From NCBI GenBank assembly GCA_964016885.1, contig OZ024743.1, positions 94,612,001 through 94,676,000 on the forward strand: 64,000 nucleotides of DNA, read 5' to 3'. The position numbers and the translations under genes are program-made. The stretch's first letter is position 1, and every line of letters starts with the position of its first letter. The stretch comes from Eledone cirrhosa (lineage: Eukaryota). Under the pieces are notes generated by a model. It saw only the letters and a program-made list of their open reading frames with translations, was not told the origin of the DNA and made no database searches. Below, piece by piece: positions 24,541 through 38,214 of the stretch.

Positions 24541-27500
24541 ACGGGGGCAAGGCACGACGGTCAGGCGGTAGCAGATGACGGACGCGATGTACGCATTCGC
24601 CACCTCCGCGCGACCTTTCAGTGATAGCTTCCTTCTAGCCCATTTTTGGGTGAGACTGGCTAGTCTGCTCGTTACCTCGTCCCAATTCTTTTCCACCTGG
24701 AAGTCTGGTCGGAACCAAACCCCGAGCAACTTTACCGGTCCGTCCGTCCAACGCCCCACGACACTGTTGGACGGCATGGGCTTGCCTCTCCAGGTTCCGA
24801 GCTGCAAGCCAACCGACTTTTCCGGGTTAAGTTTGGCTCCTGTCAACCTTTCATATTCCTTCAATAAGGTGCCGACCACCTCGATTTCTGAGGTGTTCGA
24901 CACCATCACGGTGATGTCGTCCGCATAAGCCGACACCGCCTTTCCACGTCCCGGTTCGAGCGGGATGCCCTGCAACGGCTCCAGCTTCCGCAGTAAAGGG
25001 AAGAGAGAGGGCACCCTTGACGGACCGATCGGGCGAGCCGAAATGGTTCCGAGAGGTGGCCATTAACCTTGACCACCGAACGTGTGCCGCTGTGCATTGC
25101 AGCGATTCAGCTTCTGAAGACAGGGCCGAAGCCAGCTGCTCTGAGGACAAATTCCAGATACAGATGGTCAACCCTATCGAATGCTTTCGATTGATCTAAA
25201 TTGATCAGTGCCCCACCGAAGCCAGGTTTACACCCTACCCTCTCTATGATGTATCGCATGAGGTGGAGATTGTCGTGTATGGACCTGGCTGGGATTGCGC
25301 AAGTTTGCGCCTCCCCAACCAAATCCTCGACGACAAGCGCCAATCTCTTCGCTAACACCTTGGCCAAAATCTTAAACTCTGTGTTGAGCAGAGTTATGGG
25401 CCTGAAGTTGTCTAATGTATCCCTCTTGTTCTCGTCTTTCCTTATCAGCGTCACCACTCCCCTGCTCACAGAACTGGGAATACTCCCATTCTGCTGCCAG
25501 TTGCAGTAGAGTGCTTCGAGGAGATCGGAGAACAAGTCTGGCATATTTACGTAAAGCTCGTACGGCAGGCCATCCAAACAGGGTGACTTGCCCCTGTAGG
25601 GGCGTAGACGGCCAGCAGTCTAAAGGTACCACCTTCGCTACTGCTCACATCCAAGACCACCAACTTACCGTCCGTGTCCCGGAAGATCGACCTAACCTCG
25701 AGATCCAGTCCTTTATAAGGAGCACTGCCATCCCCCCCATTCCCGGCCTGCTAACAGATGCGAAGATCTGATAGTCGTCGAAAATGGGGGCTAGTGCGTG
25801 CGTGTCGGAAATTCTCGTCTCGCTGACGGCAATCACATCCATTTCCAGCGACCTGAGGTCGTTGAGCAGGTGTCCCTGCTTCCAGGGTGACCCCACGCCG
25901 CGAACATTTAAACTTCCTACTTTTAATATGGCCACGTTGGTAAGCTAAGAGAGAGAGGGAAGGTTTACTTACCTCCCGGGGTCTTGTGAAGGTCGGGTGA
26001 TTCGACCTCCATGGTTGGTGGGGTTTCTTTTGGAACCCCTTTAAAAGTCTCGATGTGGGTTTCACATTCGGTGTTCCCACGTCTTGAGGAAAGCTCTCTC
26101 GAATTTCTTTGAAGGAATTGAATGACATTCGGACCCGAAGCAAATCTTCTGGTACGCAAAATGTACTCATTTCAAAGATCTCCCCTCTGTTTGAATGTCC
26201 TCGCTTCGTGCTAAGAGGGCCATCAGTTTATCGTTGGCCTTTCTGACAAGCACAAAATTTTTAACATTTTGTTCGTGTGTTTTTATTTGTTTTCGTTTTG
26301 GTGACTGTGGTGGTGATAGTTTTGGTGGTGTTGTTTCGGGTATGTCTGTGTTTCTTGTAGGTGTGGTGTCTGCAATTTCAGGTATTTGTCTGTTTATTTG
26401 TACTTGTGTTTGTATAGGTTGTTTGCGTTTCTTCGGGGATTGTGAAGGTGGTGTCGATGTTGCTGTTGGTGCTGATGTTATTGGGGAAGTGTTTGCGTTA
26501 GTGGTGTCTGTATTTTTTGTTGTGTATGTTTTTGTGTTTTGTTGGGGCTTTTTTTTGGTGAGTTTTCTCTGTTTTTTCTGCACTTTTGGGTTTTCCTTCA
26601 TCTTCGCTGGTGGAAGACAAAGGGTCTGTGGCTGTGAGTGTCTCTGTGTCTGTGTGTGCGTTTATTGTTTTGTCTATGTGTATAATGGGTGGGGGTGGGG
26701 GGTGGGAGAGCTTTCCTCGTTTCCCCCTTGGATTGGTTTTGGTGTTGGTGGTGATCCGGCTGTTTTTGATGTTGGTGTCCGTGTCTTTGTTGGTGTTGTT
26801 TTTGGTGGTGGTGGTGGTTCAGCTTTCCGTGCTGACACTGGCTTTGGCAACAAATGAGATTTGCGACCCCCTGCAATTTTGCGCTGAGGGCAGAAGGCTT
26901 GCAGTTGCGTTGCTTCCCCGCAGACGAAGCAGCGTGGCCTTCTTCCGTCAATGATTAGTTGGATTGTTGTCCCGTCCTGCAGGCGGGCAAAATCCGGGAT
27001 GTTGTTCATGTCCTCCGGTTTCATTTGGAGAAGAATCTCCAAATCCATTCCGGACCAGTCCTCTCTCTCTGTCCTTTTGATATCCAGGAGGGTAGTGTCT
27101 GTCCCCTCCTCGATTACGCATCCCAGCAGCCACCATATGTTAATTCCTGGTGGGATGCTGGGAATACGGACCTTTACTGTCCTTTTACCCATGTAGGAAG
27201 AATGCATGATAATGCGTTCCGTTCTGCAGGGGGTCAACGAGTGCTTAATAGCAAGGGCCTCGATTTTGAACAGTACCGAGATGGTACCGAACTGTTTGCA
27301 TCTTGCTTTATACACTATGTTACTTCCGATGTATTCCAAAGCAGGCTCGACCTCAGCTTGGCTGGCAATTCCACTTTTCGTGTCTGCACCGAAATGCATC
27401 GAAAGTACACCATCCTCCTTTGCATGGCCGCTATTGCCTCGTCCGGGATGGTCAGGTTTGCCCAGGACTTCTCCCGTTTAATTAGCCTCCACGCTTGGGC

Positions 27501-27950
27501 CAACTGTTCGTCTTTATCGTTAATATCAATATCAATATTCAATAAGCGCTTTGTTTTTGCTGCTGCTGCAGCAAATGTGGTGCTTCTGATGCTCTTGTTG
27601 TTGGTGTTGTCATTCTTGCTGTTGTTATTGGTGTTGTTGTTGTTGTTTAGTTTGTTGATGCTATTGCGACCGCCACCGCTGTCGATGTTTTTGTCGTTAT
27701 TGCTCTGAGTTGTTGTGGTTGTGGTGGTGGTGGTGGCGGCGGTGGTGGTGGTGATGTCGTTTTCAGATGATACTGCTGCTATCAGAGAAGGGTGTGATGG
27801 TAGCTTTTGTGTTTTGCCTTCACATTCAGTAGAGTGGACGACAGGCATGACTGTAGCCGTCGTAGTCGTGGTGAAATCTATAGTGGCTGCCTTTAAACTT
27901 TTGACCTGAATGTTGTTTACCGTTTCAAGGTCGAAAATTTCCATTTTTTT
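24540..27950 (-). mobile_element. L1/Tx1-clade LINE (ORF1 plus decayed APE-RT ORF2)
   Basis: ORF1 with CFVCG zinc knuckle (26674-27399); APE LNVRG/SETR (~25935); RT FRPITLLN, DQSKAFDRV, RQGCPLS, YADD; deletion between APE and RT; 3' truncated. Confidence 0.85.
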
Positions 27951-27959
27951 GGGTGGGGA

Positions 27960-28840
27960 AGCGATTTTTTTCGAAGTTTTTAAAAAATAAATCTGAATAT
28001 TCGGGCTTAAAACTAAAAATCAACCCTAGAATAGGAATGAGAAATGGGATGACAAATAACAAATCCCCAGGTAATAATAACCCTAGGAAGGCCCCTACCA
28101 ACTCCACTAGAACCCCTAGAAGGAATAGACCTAGAAATATCACCTGGCTCAACCCCCCATTCTCGTCTAATCTAGCCACTAATATCCCCAAACGCTTCTT
28201 CTCTATCCTATCCAAACACTTCCCCCAGCCATAGATATTACAAACTCTTTAATAAAAATAACATTAAAATCTCATTCTCCACAACACCTAACCTAGCTAG
28301 CCACATCGCGTTCAGTAACCATCATAAGCTAAGACAGTATAACTCCCACACCGCGGTACCACCACCCCTATCAAATACACCACGCCACTACAACAATAAT
28401 TACTCTAGTAGCACACCTACCCCCTCTAATCCTTCTAGCACGGACCTACCGCTTAGGTTAAACAACCCTACTCTCACTAACCGCAGAAACAACTGCAACT
28501 GCCGTTACCCCAATGCATGCCCATTAAATGGACACTGCCTGACACCCAACATAGTCTATAGGTGCACGGTTGAGACTGCTTCGAAAACCAGCTCTTATAT
28601 CGGGTCTACCTCTAACCCTTTTAAGGTACGCTATAGCGCGCACTCTTTTTCCTTCCGAGACCCTAGCAGCAGATGTTCGACATCGCTAGCTAGGCTCATT
28701 AAAAACCTTAAATTAAACAACGTTCAACACTCACTAAAATGGGATATCGTGGCTAGGGCCCAACCGTTCAATGGACGAAGAAAATCTTGTGATCTCTGTG
28801 TTACGGAAGCATATTACATAACTCTAGCCAGGACATCTAC
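27960..28840 (+). pseudogene. PLE C-terminal fragment (linker + GIY-YIG)
   Basis: ITWLNPPFS, CNCRYPNACPLNGHC, IVYRC...YIGST, CDLC; same type as 10599-13197. Confidence 0.8.
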
Positions 28841-29575
28841 TCTTGGGTCCCAATTAATAGAGGTGATGGAATAAGCGGGGGACAGGTGTAGAAAATTGGT
28901 AAAATTTCCATGTTGTGTCCGTTGATTTTTTTTATAAAACCAGAATTAGACTTTTAGTTTACATATTGAGACACCAACACATCCTATTTATTTTATAAGG
29001 TATGGGATTTCTAGGAATGTACTTTTTTTGTCATGTGTAATGTTTTTGAATGAATAACGAAAATTAAATGTCGTAGAAATGCTACCAATTAAGATAAAAT
29101 TTCGCTGGAGATAGATTAGCAAAAGTTAATAAGTGGGTGGGGTGGGTGAGGTGTAATAAGAGCAGGTGGTGGGAGGTTGTAAAAACCCTGAAATATTATT
29201 ACACAAGGTAGGGTGGGTATTATTCGAGACCCAAGAATGAGTGAATATTAACATGGCGATAATATGTTGGTAGCGTGAGTTTACTTAAAGGGAGATAATC
29301 TTTGAATATTTTCATATTTCATAAATTATTATTTTCTGTCCTAGGTCGAAGGGAAATAATCGATCAAATAGTTTCGGTTACTCTCGGGTCCTTTTAGTTT
29401 ACATATTGAGACCCCAACCCACCCTATTCATTTTGTAACGTATGTGATTTCGGGTAATGTACTATTTCAGTCATATAAACGACAGGTGGGGATGGAACAG
29501 GAGCGGTCGGTATGGACACATTTGAAAAATTAACAAGCGGGGTGTCGGGGAGGGATTGTTCGAGACCCGTGAGTA
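28839..29575. mobile_element. Two related TIR elements (MITE-like)
   Basis: tactcttgggtc..gacccaagaa (28839-29237) and tactctcgggtc..gacccgtgagta (29379-29575). Confidence 0.4.
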
Positions 29576-29859
29576 GGTGAATATTAACATAGTAACGATA
29601 TCTAGGTAGCGCTAGTTTACTTAAAGGGAGATAATCTTTGAACATTTTCATATATAATTTATTATTTAGGATGCTTTCCCCAATCATATGTTAAAGGGAG
29701 ATAATCGGTAAAAGGTATCGGTGAAAAGAAATTTCAGAGTATATCAATTTAAGCCAAATTGAATTTAAATCACCTATATCAAGCTAAATCAAATCAAATC
29801 AATATCATTATCTATATTCAGAATTGGTTTGATCTTTTTAATAAAATTCTTTTCTTCTA

Positions 29860-30200
29860 TGAATTTGTTTTGCGAGATAGAGATATCTTGTTTTGCGAGA
29901 TTAGAGATATCTTGAAACAGATATTGTTATACTTTGGGTGGGTCGTGTTGTCAATAAGAATACACGCACATGTCAGTTTTCACTTCAATTTATCATAAAT
30001 TTCCGGTTGATGGGTTGGTTCGGTAACCGGAGGATTGTTTATATATTGTCAAAGTTCTTTTGTCACACATTCTGTGACCTTTTCAGTGACTAGGTTGTTT
30101 TATTTTGTGTGTAGCTCCTTTGTTCTGTCCTGCACCATCTTGTTTTTGTGTGTTCTTTTCTTTTACATTTCTTTCAACTTCATTTGAGTCCTGAAGTTTA
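29860..30200 (-). mobile_element. Solo pLTR related to the 55768-61685 PLE, hammerhead core mutated
   Basis: Homologous to 59300-59620; minus strand gtca-CTGAAAA-g gtcaca..tgtgac-AAAA; duplicated at ~62265-62570. Confidence 0.7.
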
Positions 30201-31269
30201 TAAAATGGGAATATTATTATTTTTTTAATGCGTCAGTTTCCCAAATGACTACTTAGGGTCTTTGATCTGTTGATGGTGTACTGATGAATGTGTGTATTGT
30301 TTATATGGACCCGTAACTCCTGGAGGAACCGTGGGTGACGCCTTTGCCATTTTGTTAGCGGGGCATGGCTGAGGCACCGCTTAGACTAAATTATAGTATC
30401 TGTCCCTCCCCATTTCCCTTTCAATCGTTGCTTGAATATTGGTTGCTACGAGACGTGTAGAATACTCTATGCTGAGTAAATATAACAATCAATTGTTTCT
30501 TTTATCCTGGACATCCTGCTTGACGCATCTACTGGCTCATCTACAGCGAAGTCAAAGGAAGTTCTAGCCAGACAAAGCTATAACGCCGAAGCAAATCAAT
30601 TAAACCGTTGATTGAAGCTATACCTACATATAGAATTAGAGAGAAAGTGACGTCCTCTATCAACTAACTTACCCTGTGGATCCCGGTCGACAAGATGGAG
30701 AATATATTGCCTCGAAGGTCGGTGAGCGAGACGCGCTGGAACAGCCATTCCACCATGCGGGGATCGCACCTGAGGAAGGCCAACCCCGCTCCAATAGCAG
30801 TGAGTAGGAATGTGGTCTGGGGATAGTGGGGGTGACAAGAATGCCGGAAATCTCTACTGCTACAGGCCCTATCACAAACCTATCAGAGAGCGGCCGTTAC
30901 TTTTCTTGATTTAAATCCAAATAACGTTTACAATTTCCGCGTATGATTTTAATGTATAAAAATAGGAAAATATATGATGTAATATTATGTTTATTCAGAT
31001 TCATAATAAAACTCAATTATAATTCTTTGTATGAAAAATAAATAATTATTTTGATAAATGAATAAATGATTACAAAAGGTAACGAAATGAAAAAGTTCAT
31101 GTGATATTCTGTTCAAAATTAGCACCGGATTTCGTAAATATATATAGATATATCTCACCATATATTTATTTATATATCTGTTTTACTATTGTTAAATAGT
31201 GTTCCATATTTCTATCTTTCTCACCATTCATTCTCCATATACACAACCATTTATTCATCAATCAATCAA

Positions 31270-31370
31270 TCCATCCATTTTTTCTTCCATCCATCCATCC
31301 ATCCATCCATCCATCCATCCATCCATCCATCCATCCATCCATCCATCCATCCATCCATCCATCCAATCCA
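31270..31370. repeat. (CCAT)n microsatellite just downstream of the tyrosinase stop codon
   Basis: Tetranucleotide array; different length in the paralog (63640-63776). Confidence 0.9.
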
Positions 31371-31518
31371 TACATCTTCCCATCCTGCAATCCATTCTTA
31401 CGTTGACTGTTGTTAAATGATGTTCTCTCTTAAACAGTACAATTCAAACGTCTTTTGAAACTACACGTTCAAATGTGTAGTTTCATTAGGAATGTTGCTT
31501 AGTAAAAATGTTGCTGGG

Positions 31519-31718
31519 TTAAAATCTATAATGACAGTATCCAGGAATACATCTTTTTGTAATGGGGTCAAACCTTCTACCATAGCCACAGGAAGCCATA
31601 ATATATCTGCCATATGCACAAATAGCATAATGAGAACATATTTGTAAGCAAGGCTGTTTGTCTCTCGATTTACAATTACATGCTTTAGGAACGACACATT
31701 TTTTGTTGATGTAACATT
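31519..31718 (-). CDS. Tyrosinase-like gene, last coding exon: Cys-rich chitin-binding (CBM14/ChtBD2-like) domain
   Basis: Acceptor ttacag|AA with phase 1 matching the previous exon; reads KCYINKKCVVPKACNCKSRDKQPCLQICSHYAICAYGRYIMASCGYGRRFDPITKRCIPGYCHYRF*. Confidence 0.85.
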
Positions 31719-31942
31719 CTGTAATAGAGAAAGAAGAAAGGTTAGCTGAAACAAGACAAATTTACGAAATAGGAAATATATATGTATAGAATTAATAATC
31801 ATTTATAAACCAAATGCTTTGGTGCTTATCGTCTCAAATTTACAAGTTGCGTGAAGCTGAATAGTCCTACAGCAAATATGTGATTAGATGGCAGATACAA
31901 CCTGAAACTAGCAACATTTGTGTGTTTTTAAGCATACACACG

Positions 31943-32499
31943 CACTATATGCAAATGAGCATCGCCAACCAAAATTTAATAGGCAAACAGCATATAAGCT
32001 TTTAGTTTATTCTTGTCTTATGACAGTGTATATAAAAGCATATCCTTATGTTTATGTATAATAATTTTAAAAGGTGTGAACATGTCACAGTTATCTCAGC
32101 AGTGGTGAGAATGCCAGGTAGATATTTAAGCATTTTATCCTTCAACAGTAACATATATTTACTTGCTACTGAGACAAAATCTGCTAAAACCTATATAGTG
32201 TTTGCATGTCAATAATCCGCTAGTGAAAGGGAGATAATTAGGTAGCAATATCAGCGTTTTTCGTCACAGGGTTGTATATGTTTAATATATAATAAACACA
32301 AATCTCGCCTTGAAATTTTCAAAAAGCAGGGAACATGTCACAGGTATCTTAGTATTGGTGAGAATGTAAGATAGCTATTTCCGGATTGTTGTCCTTCGTC
32401 AGTGACATTTACTCACTCGCTACAGAGACAAAATGGGTTAAATCTCCTATGGTTTTTGCGTATAAGACATTAAGTGGAGATGCTCATTTGCATATAGTG
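31943..32499. mobile_element. MITE with CACTA-starting TIRs in a tyrosinase intron
   Basis: cactatatgcaaatgagcatc / gatgctcatttgcatatagtg; internal direct repeat ~32079-32195 / 32332-32450. Confidence 0.55.
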
Positions 32500-32749
32500 T
32501 GAACATTACTGTTGAAAGGGAGATAACTATGTTGTACTAACACACACATTGTTCTTTGTCTTGTATGTATGAACCCATAACTTGTAGTAAAGGCATGGTA
32601 GTGTCATACAGCGTTTCTTGGATATTTTTGAAACCTGGTGGAGTCCACTCCACCCAAGGGCTAATTACAGTCAACTTCTTCCAGGGAGGGCGAGAGAGAG
32701 TGATAGAGTGAAGAAGTGAGTAAGAAATACAGAGGTAAAAAAAAACGAC

Positions 32750-33650
32750 ACCAGTATTGGACTGGTATCTTTTATTATCGATGACGAATCGATGAAAGGC
32801 CTAGTTGACCTCAGCAAGATTTGAACTGACAGAGTAGAGAGCCGGAATGAAGACTTCAAAGCATTCTATCTGACGTTCTAAAGACTTTGTTAATTCGCCA
32901 CCTATTTATCTTGTAGGATACATTATATGTTGTAACGAAATGTGAACCCATGAAAAACTAATGCTGTATGTCTGTTTTGGTATACGTCCTCAAATATAAA
33001 CATTCTTCACTACTCTAGTTACAATAACCTATACTGACCTATATTTGTTTATTTTAACCATGATATGGTCACATACACCCCCCTCCTTTGATAAACAGTT
33101 CTTCACACTTCGACTACCCCTACCTTTATTAGACTACAACCATCACCATCTACCATATCCATAAGAGCTACTATCACATACAAATATACATATGAGTGCA
33201 CATTACACTGCTCTGAAAAGTTTAACATTATAAAAATAAGTGTTTCTACTTTTGGCACACGGCCAGCAATTACCCCAGTGCATTACTGGTACTTTATTTT
33301 ATCGACCCCGTAAGGATGAAAGGCAAAGTTAACATCGGCTGGATTTGAACTCTGACCGTAAAGGGACGTAACTATGCTGGAAAGCATGTCCAACCCTCCA
33401 CCGATACTGCACATTGACCGCCCAATTCACTGCCAAAAAATAATGGGTTCTAATTTAAGTAGAAAATCAGCAATTTGGGGAAGAGGAAAATCGATTAAAT
33501 CGACCCCAGTACTTTCCTGGTACTTAATTATATCGGCTTCTGGAAGGATGAAGGGTAAAGTTGACTTCAACAAGATTTGAAACGAGAACGTAAAGAACCG
33601 GAACAAGTACATGGCACTTTGTCCGGTACTTTAACGATTCTACCAATCAA
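32750..33650 (-). mobile_element. Cluster of three SINE copies
   Basis: SINE core at ~32750-32900, 33240-33432 and 33440-33650. Confidence 0.75.
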
Positions 33651-33669
33651 AACATACATAATTACTTAC

Positions 33670-35171
33670 TTTGAGATGTTGTTGTTGTTGGTACTAGTGT
33701 TGTTGTTGTTGTCGGTACTGGTGTTGTTGTTGTTGTCGGTACTGGTGTTGTCGTTGTGGTTGTTGTTGTCGGGGTTGTTCTAGTTGTGGTTGTTGTTGTT
33801 GTTCGAACTGGTGTGGTCGTTGTTGTAGTCACATTACTGCTGGTAAATGGCCACCGGCTGTCATCACAGTGGAAAACAATTGGAATATTCTGGTGCTTCA
33901 GTTTCGGTCGAATCTGGTTGTTATAATCCCAGACCTTCATGTAAGTATCTGCGAGGGTTTTACCGTAGAAGGCAGTATCGTTACGAGTTATGTTCAAAAG
34001 TCCTATACATTCTGTGTATCTTGGTGGGTTGGAACCTGGAACTAAGCAAGATGGCCGGCATATTCTTCCACATTGTTCCGTAACTGTTAGAAATACGAGA
34101 GCAGCTCCTTTTTCGGGGTCTCTGATACCGATATAAGCTAGATCTGATGATACAGCTAATCTACGGTCCACTACCACCATTTCTTCATAATTTCCAAAAT
34201 AATTGATGCCACTGGCTTGAACATTCACTCTTCCTGCTGGTCCACAACACTTACTCGTCCGACAAGTAGAATTACTGGACGAGGAATTTTTGGATAGACT
34301 GTTGTCGTATATATCATTCAATAAGTTTGGTTGACCATTTACGATTGGGAAATTTCCAAATCTCATCGTCTCGTAAGGTCGTTCGTAAATTATTTCGATC
34401 GGAATAAATGCCCATTCTTTTAAATCACACACACGGTTGATACAAAACATATTTTGATAGGGAATGAGAGTATTACAACGAGTTGTTGATTTAGATTTTG
34501 TTACACATCTACCATTTTCGCATGTTAAGTATCGAGGATTACAAAGATTTGGATTGTAAGTACAATTTCCAAGTAAGTAATCATATTCATATCTGTAAAT
34601 ACTAGTGTAACTTTGAGTTACTTTTAATGCTTCTTCGACTGTTAAATTCATAATGCCAATACTTTGGTTGGGAGCATAAATATCTAAACCAAAATCTGTA
34701 GGATAATCTGTTGCAGGATCGATGTTGTTTTTCTTTTGGTTTTCATTGAAACGTGTGTGAACAAGTTCTACATAACTGTGAAGTAGAAAGAAGAAAGGAT
34801 CCATGGGTGCAGATGGAATCATAGACATATGTCCTCCAACAGAAACGTGCATAGAATTATGCATAAGTTCAAAGTTATAGCGTCGGTCAGCGTTTGGTTC
34901 TGATATTTCCTCGAGTTTCGTTCGAGTGAGAACATCTTCGATATTACGATGTGTTGGCAAAGTTGTACTGAAACCTCCATTCCTTACTAGATGACCAGAT
35001 GGTGTGGTCCAATTAGCAAACGGTCCACGATTTACAAATCCATTGACTGTTCCCATGAACGTGTCCGACCAGATAATGGAATCTCGAGGATTAGAAAGAG
35101 AAGCATCAAGAGTTGGATCCCAAAATGGAATTGCTACAGTTGGTACTTTTGTACGAAGAGCATCTTCCATC
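33670..35171 (-). CDS. Tyrosinase-like gene, coding exon 3: CuB site, Cys-rich domain, Thr-rich linker
   Basis: tttcag|G acceptor (phase 2), A|gtaagt donor; IPFWD, GPFANW, ELMHNSMH..VGGHM, DPFFFLLH; PVPTTTTT repeats. Confidence 0.93.
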
Positions 35172-35609
35172 CTGAAATTTAAAAATAAAAACCACATTAA
35201 CATATTTCTAATGACATATTTAATGAATGAAATATTACGAGGGATTTATTTAAATTATCAATTATTTTAATTATTAAGATCGTATTTGTTTCAAAACTTA
35301 TCTAACGGGCTTAAATAAAATTTATATAAAATTCTCCGAATTGAGAGATCACAGCTCCGATACTATAGGCATGTGGAAGGAATGTCTCAGGAAAGAATCG
35401 CTGGACAGATTTTACGGCCAAAACCAACCGGCAGGAGGCCCAGGAGTAGACCCGGGCATGATGGTCGGACCACATCCATGAGCCTGGCTGGTTTCGCTTG
35501 AGGATAAGCATTGTGGGGACCACGGACATCAGAGGTCTCGACGGACACCGGTACAACGAAGAAGCGGTTGGTCAGGACCCGGTATTAAACTACAATTATA
35601 TTTCATGCC

Positions 35610-35720
35610 TTGCGGTATTCATTTTGGCTATCTTCTCTCTGAGTTCAAATCCCGCCGAGGTCAACTTTGCCTTTCATCCATTCAAGGTCGAAAATAGTAC
35701 CAGTCTAGTACTGGGATCGA
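35610..35720 (+). mobile_element. SINE fragment
   Basis: gagttcaaatcccgccgaggtcaactttgcctttcatcc. Confidence 0.7.
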
Positions 35721-36108
35721 TACTTCCTCTATATATCTTTCTCACTTTCATTCTCTCACTCTATCTTTCTCTGGAAGAAATCTGCTTTATTCAGAACTAG
35801 GGTGGAGACGGGCTCTGTCAGGTTTTAAAAAATACCATAGAATCACTGTATGTCAATATGGGGCTCCTACAAGTCCCACACAAGAACAACTGTTAAAACA
35901 GCAAAATGCCGACAATATTCATGGAATAATGGCGAAAAATCAGCGCAAGAGTAGCTGTTAAAACATGGTATTTAACGGCATTTTGGTGTTAACAGCTATT
36001 CTTGCGATGAGTTATATTTTTCATTATTCTATGAATTCTAATATTAAAGTTATTAGCATAATATTACAGTAGAAAACATAAGTAATTGGAAAATACTGAA
36101 TTATTTAC

Positions 36109-36221
36109 ATTTTTAAATAAACTCTGTGCCAGGTGAGGAATACAGGACCATTGTGAGCATTTCTGGCAGTTGCACCTGTATGGAGGAAGGCGATAGCATC
36201 GTAAACATTTGGTTCCATGCT
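36109..36221 (-). CDS. Tyrosinase-like gene, coding exon 2: CuA site
   Basis: cttacag| acceptor, AT|gtaaat donor; SMEPNVYDAIAFLH...AHNGPVFLTWHRVYL with three CuA His. Confidence 0.93.
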
Positions 36222-36303
36222 CTGTAAGATAAAGAAAGAGATATAAGACATTACAATCATTGAAACAAAGTATGGAGGCAGGTGTATATATATACACACA
36301 CAC

Positions 36304-36350
<47 letters not shown>

Positions 36351-37510
36351 ATTACTTCTCTCGTAAGTGTACATATATATGAATATATAGTGAATTCTTT
36401 CTTTTTAAAACTTGTATCACTATCAACTTATACACAACAGCAACACGTCTCTTCTCTTTGTTCTTTAACCTCTTAAAACGTATTGAAGCACAACTAGAGT
36501 GTCCTGCCGAGATTTCTTAACTCCACCTTTTTTTTATCATATTTCTATTGAAATACATTGCAAATAATTTTCAATGAATTTATGAAAATATATTTTTTTA
36601 AATGTTGGAATTCAGTAAAATAACGTTTTCATTAGTAAGCTGGTTACATAAAATTATGATGGAATGTTTCTATATAATTATGAACACTTTAAAGCGGACA
36701 ATTTTATATCATAGAATAGGAGCTGTTTTAAGTATCAAAAGGGTTAAATGCTATAATTATACTTCTTCTAAATGATGCAAATGATGATATTGTACAAGTA
36801 AACACTTGATCAAATATAAAGACTGTCTGAACAGAAGGTTATTGAGTATATAGCTCTGTAGCCGGCACGTTACAATGCAAATGATCCAGTAACTCACATA
36901 CTTTACTAGCGTGTATTAAATCGATCTGCTATGAATAATCCACTTCCACTCACGAAAGTATCTATATGTAGATAATATACTAGATTTCTCACTTCGCAGC
37001 ATCCTCAACATCTGCTGGAGTGATAGAGCGATTTTGTTACCAGCATTGAAGTTCTTGAAGAGACAGAGAGCACCAATGCATGTTTCCCGAATAGAAAATC
37101 ATCATCGCTGCATGGCGAACTCTTCATTTTCCACTGAAACAGAGGGATCCGCAGAAAACGTACAAGGGTTCTCTAAAGAAATCTCTTTAAGCATGTCATA
37201 TTGATCACCACCAGAGGTATGATATGTCCTCTGATCAGGTGATCTGGTGACATACCATCTGTCAATTTCCTCCTTCGAGAATGAATGGAGGAAACCAGAA
37301 CAAAATTAGACTTACTCTTGCTTTAGTCGTGTTTGCCTATCTTACGTTTTTCTCGTCAGTTACCAGCGAGCCTACGATAGATGTGGACAGCCCCTTTCAT
37401 AAATCTTCGTTAACGAAGTAAAGTCATGATACTAGTTTAGTAAAATATCAAAGTCTGTCAGTACTCTGAACTTCTCTCAATAATATTCATATAAAAAAAT
37501 AGAACCTTAC

Positions 37511-37879
37511 CGTATCTTGTTTTAGAAGATGAATACTACGGTGGAAATCATATCTTTCTTGTTCACTGAGTTGTCTATATTCCTTCCTTACTCGGAGCAT
37601 TATCATAGGATTTGGTTGTGATGTTTTTGGTTCATCGGTTGGTAGATTATAATTTAGATAGTTTGTTGTCCAATTAGGACATATTTTCGCCATTTGGAGC
37701 TGACCGATGCAATATTTCCATATATCGGCCTTCTTTTCAATTGGTTGATTTGTCGATTTGCATACATTATTAAAACAGTCTGGAACATAGCTACCTATTT
37801 CTGGAACATAATACTGTATATCTGACTTCACGTTAACGAAAGCCAGCAATATGATGAATGCTAGGTACAGACGATTCAT
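37511..37879 (-). CDS. Tyrosinase-like gene, coding exon 1 (signal peptide + N-terminus); full CDS 37879-31519 = 727 aa
   Basis: MNRLYLAFIILLAFVNVKS signal peptide; RVRKEYRQLS..ER motif; acceptor ttttcag before 37881; ACG|gtaagg donor; exon lengths sum to 2184 nt. Confidence 0.92.
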
Positions 37880-38072
37880 TGCTGAAAATATAAGAAAATG
37901 TAAAACATCATTCAGACGAAAGCATGGCTGTTAAGGAGTCTACTTTGCAACCACGTAGTTCTAGGCTCTGTCACTCTGTGCGGTGCTTCGAGCAAGTGTT
38001 TTCTACTAGTGAAATTTGGTAGACAGAAATTACAGTGTGTCTGTCTGTCTATATGTTTGTTTGTTTGTGTGT

Positions 38073-38175
<103 letters not shown>

Positions 38176-38214
38176 TATCTCCGTATCTTTGTTTACGTTT
38201 ATGTTTGTGTGTGC

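Larger units (their letters stand above)
29279..31589. repeat. Segmental duplication, copy 1 (copy 2 at 61684-64000)
   Basis: Near-identical sequence; offset 32,411 bp at the tyrosinase stop codon. Confidence 0.95.

Noticed and set aside
29424-29687. Identical 87-aa ORF here and at 61829-62092
   Set aside because: Identity is explained by the recent duplication; it overlaps MITE-like sequence and has no domain
30281-30330. CTGATGA as a hammerhead (also ~62661 and ~41232)
   Set aside because: No correctly placed GAAA or stems
30720-30810. HDV-like ribozyme in the GC-rich patch (minus strand)
   Set aside because: Hairpins are present but I could not build P2 or the nested double pseudoknot
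31461-31802. 113-aa ORF as the tyrosinase last exon
   Set aside because: Wrong frame; the splice phase gives the Cys-rich CBD frame ending at 31519
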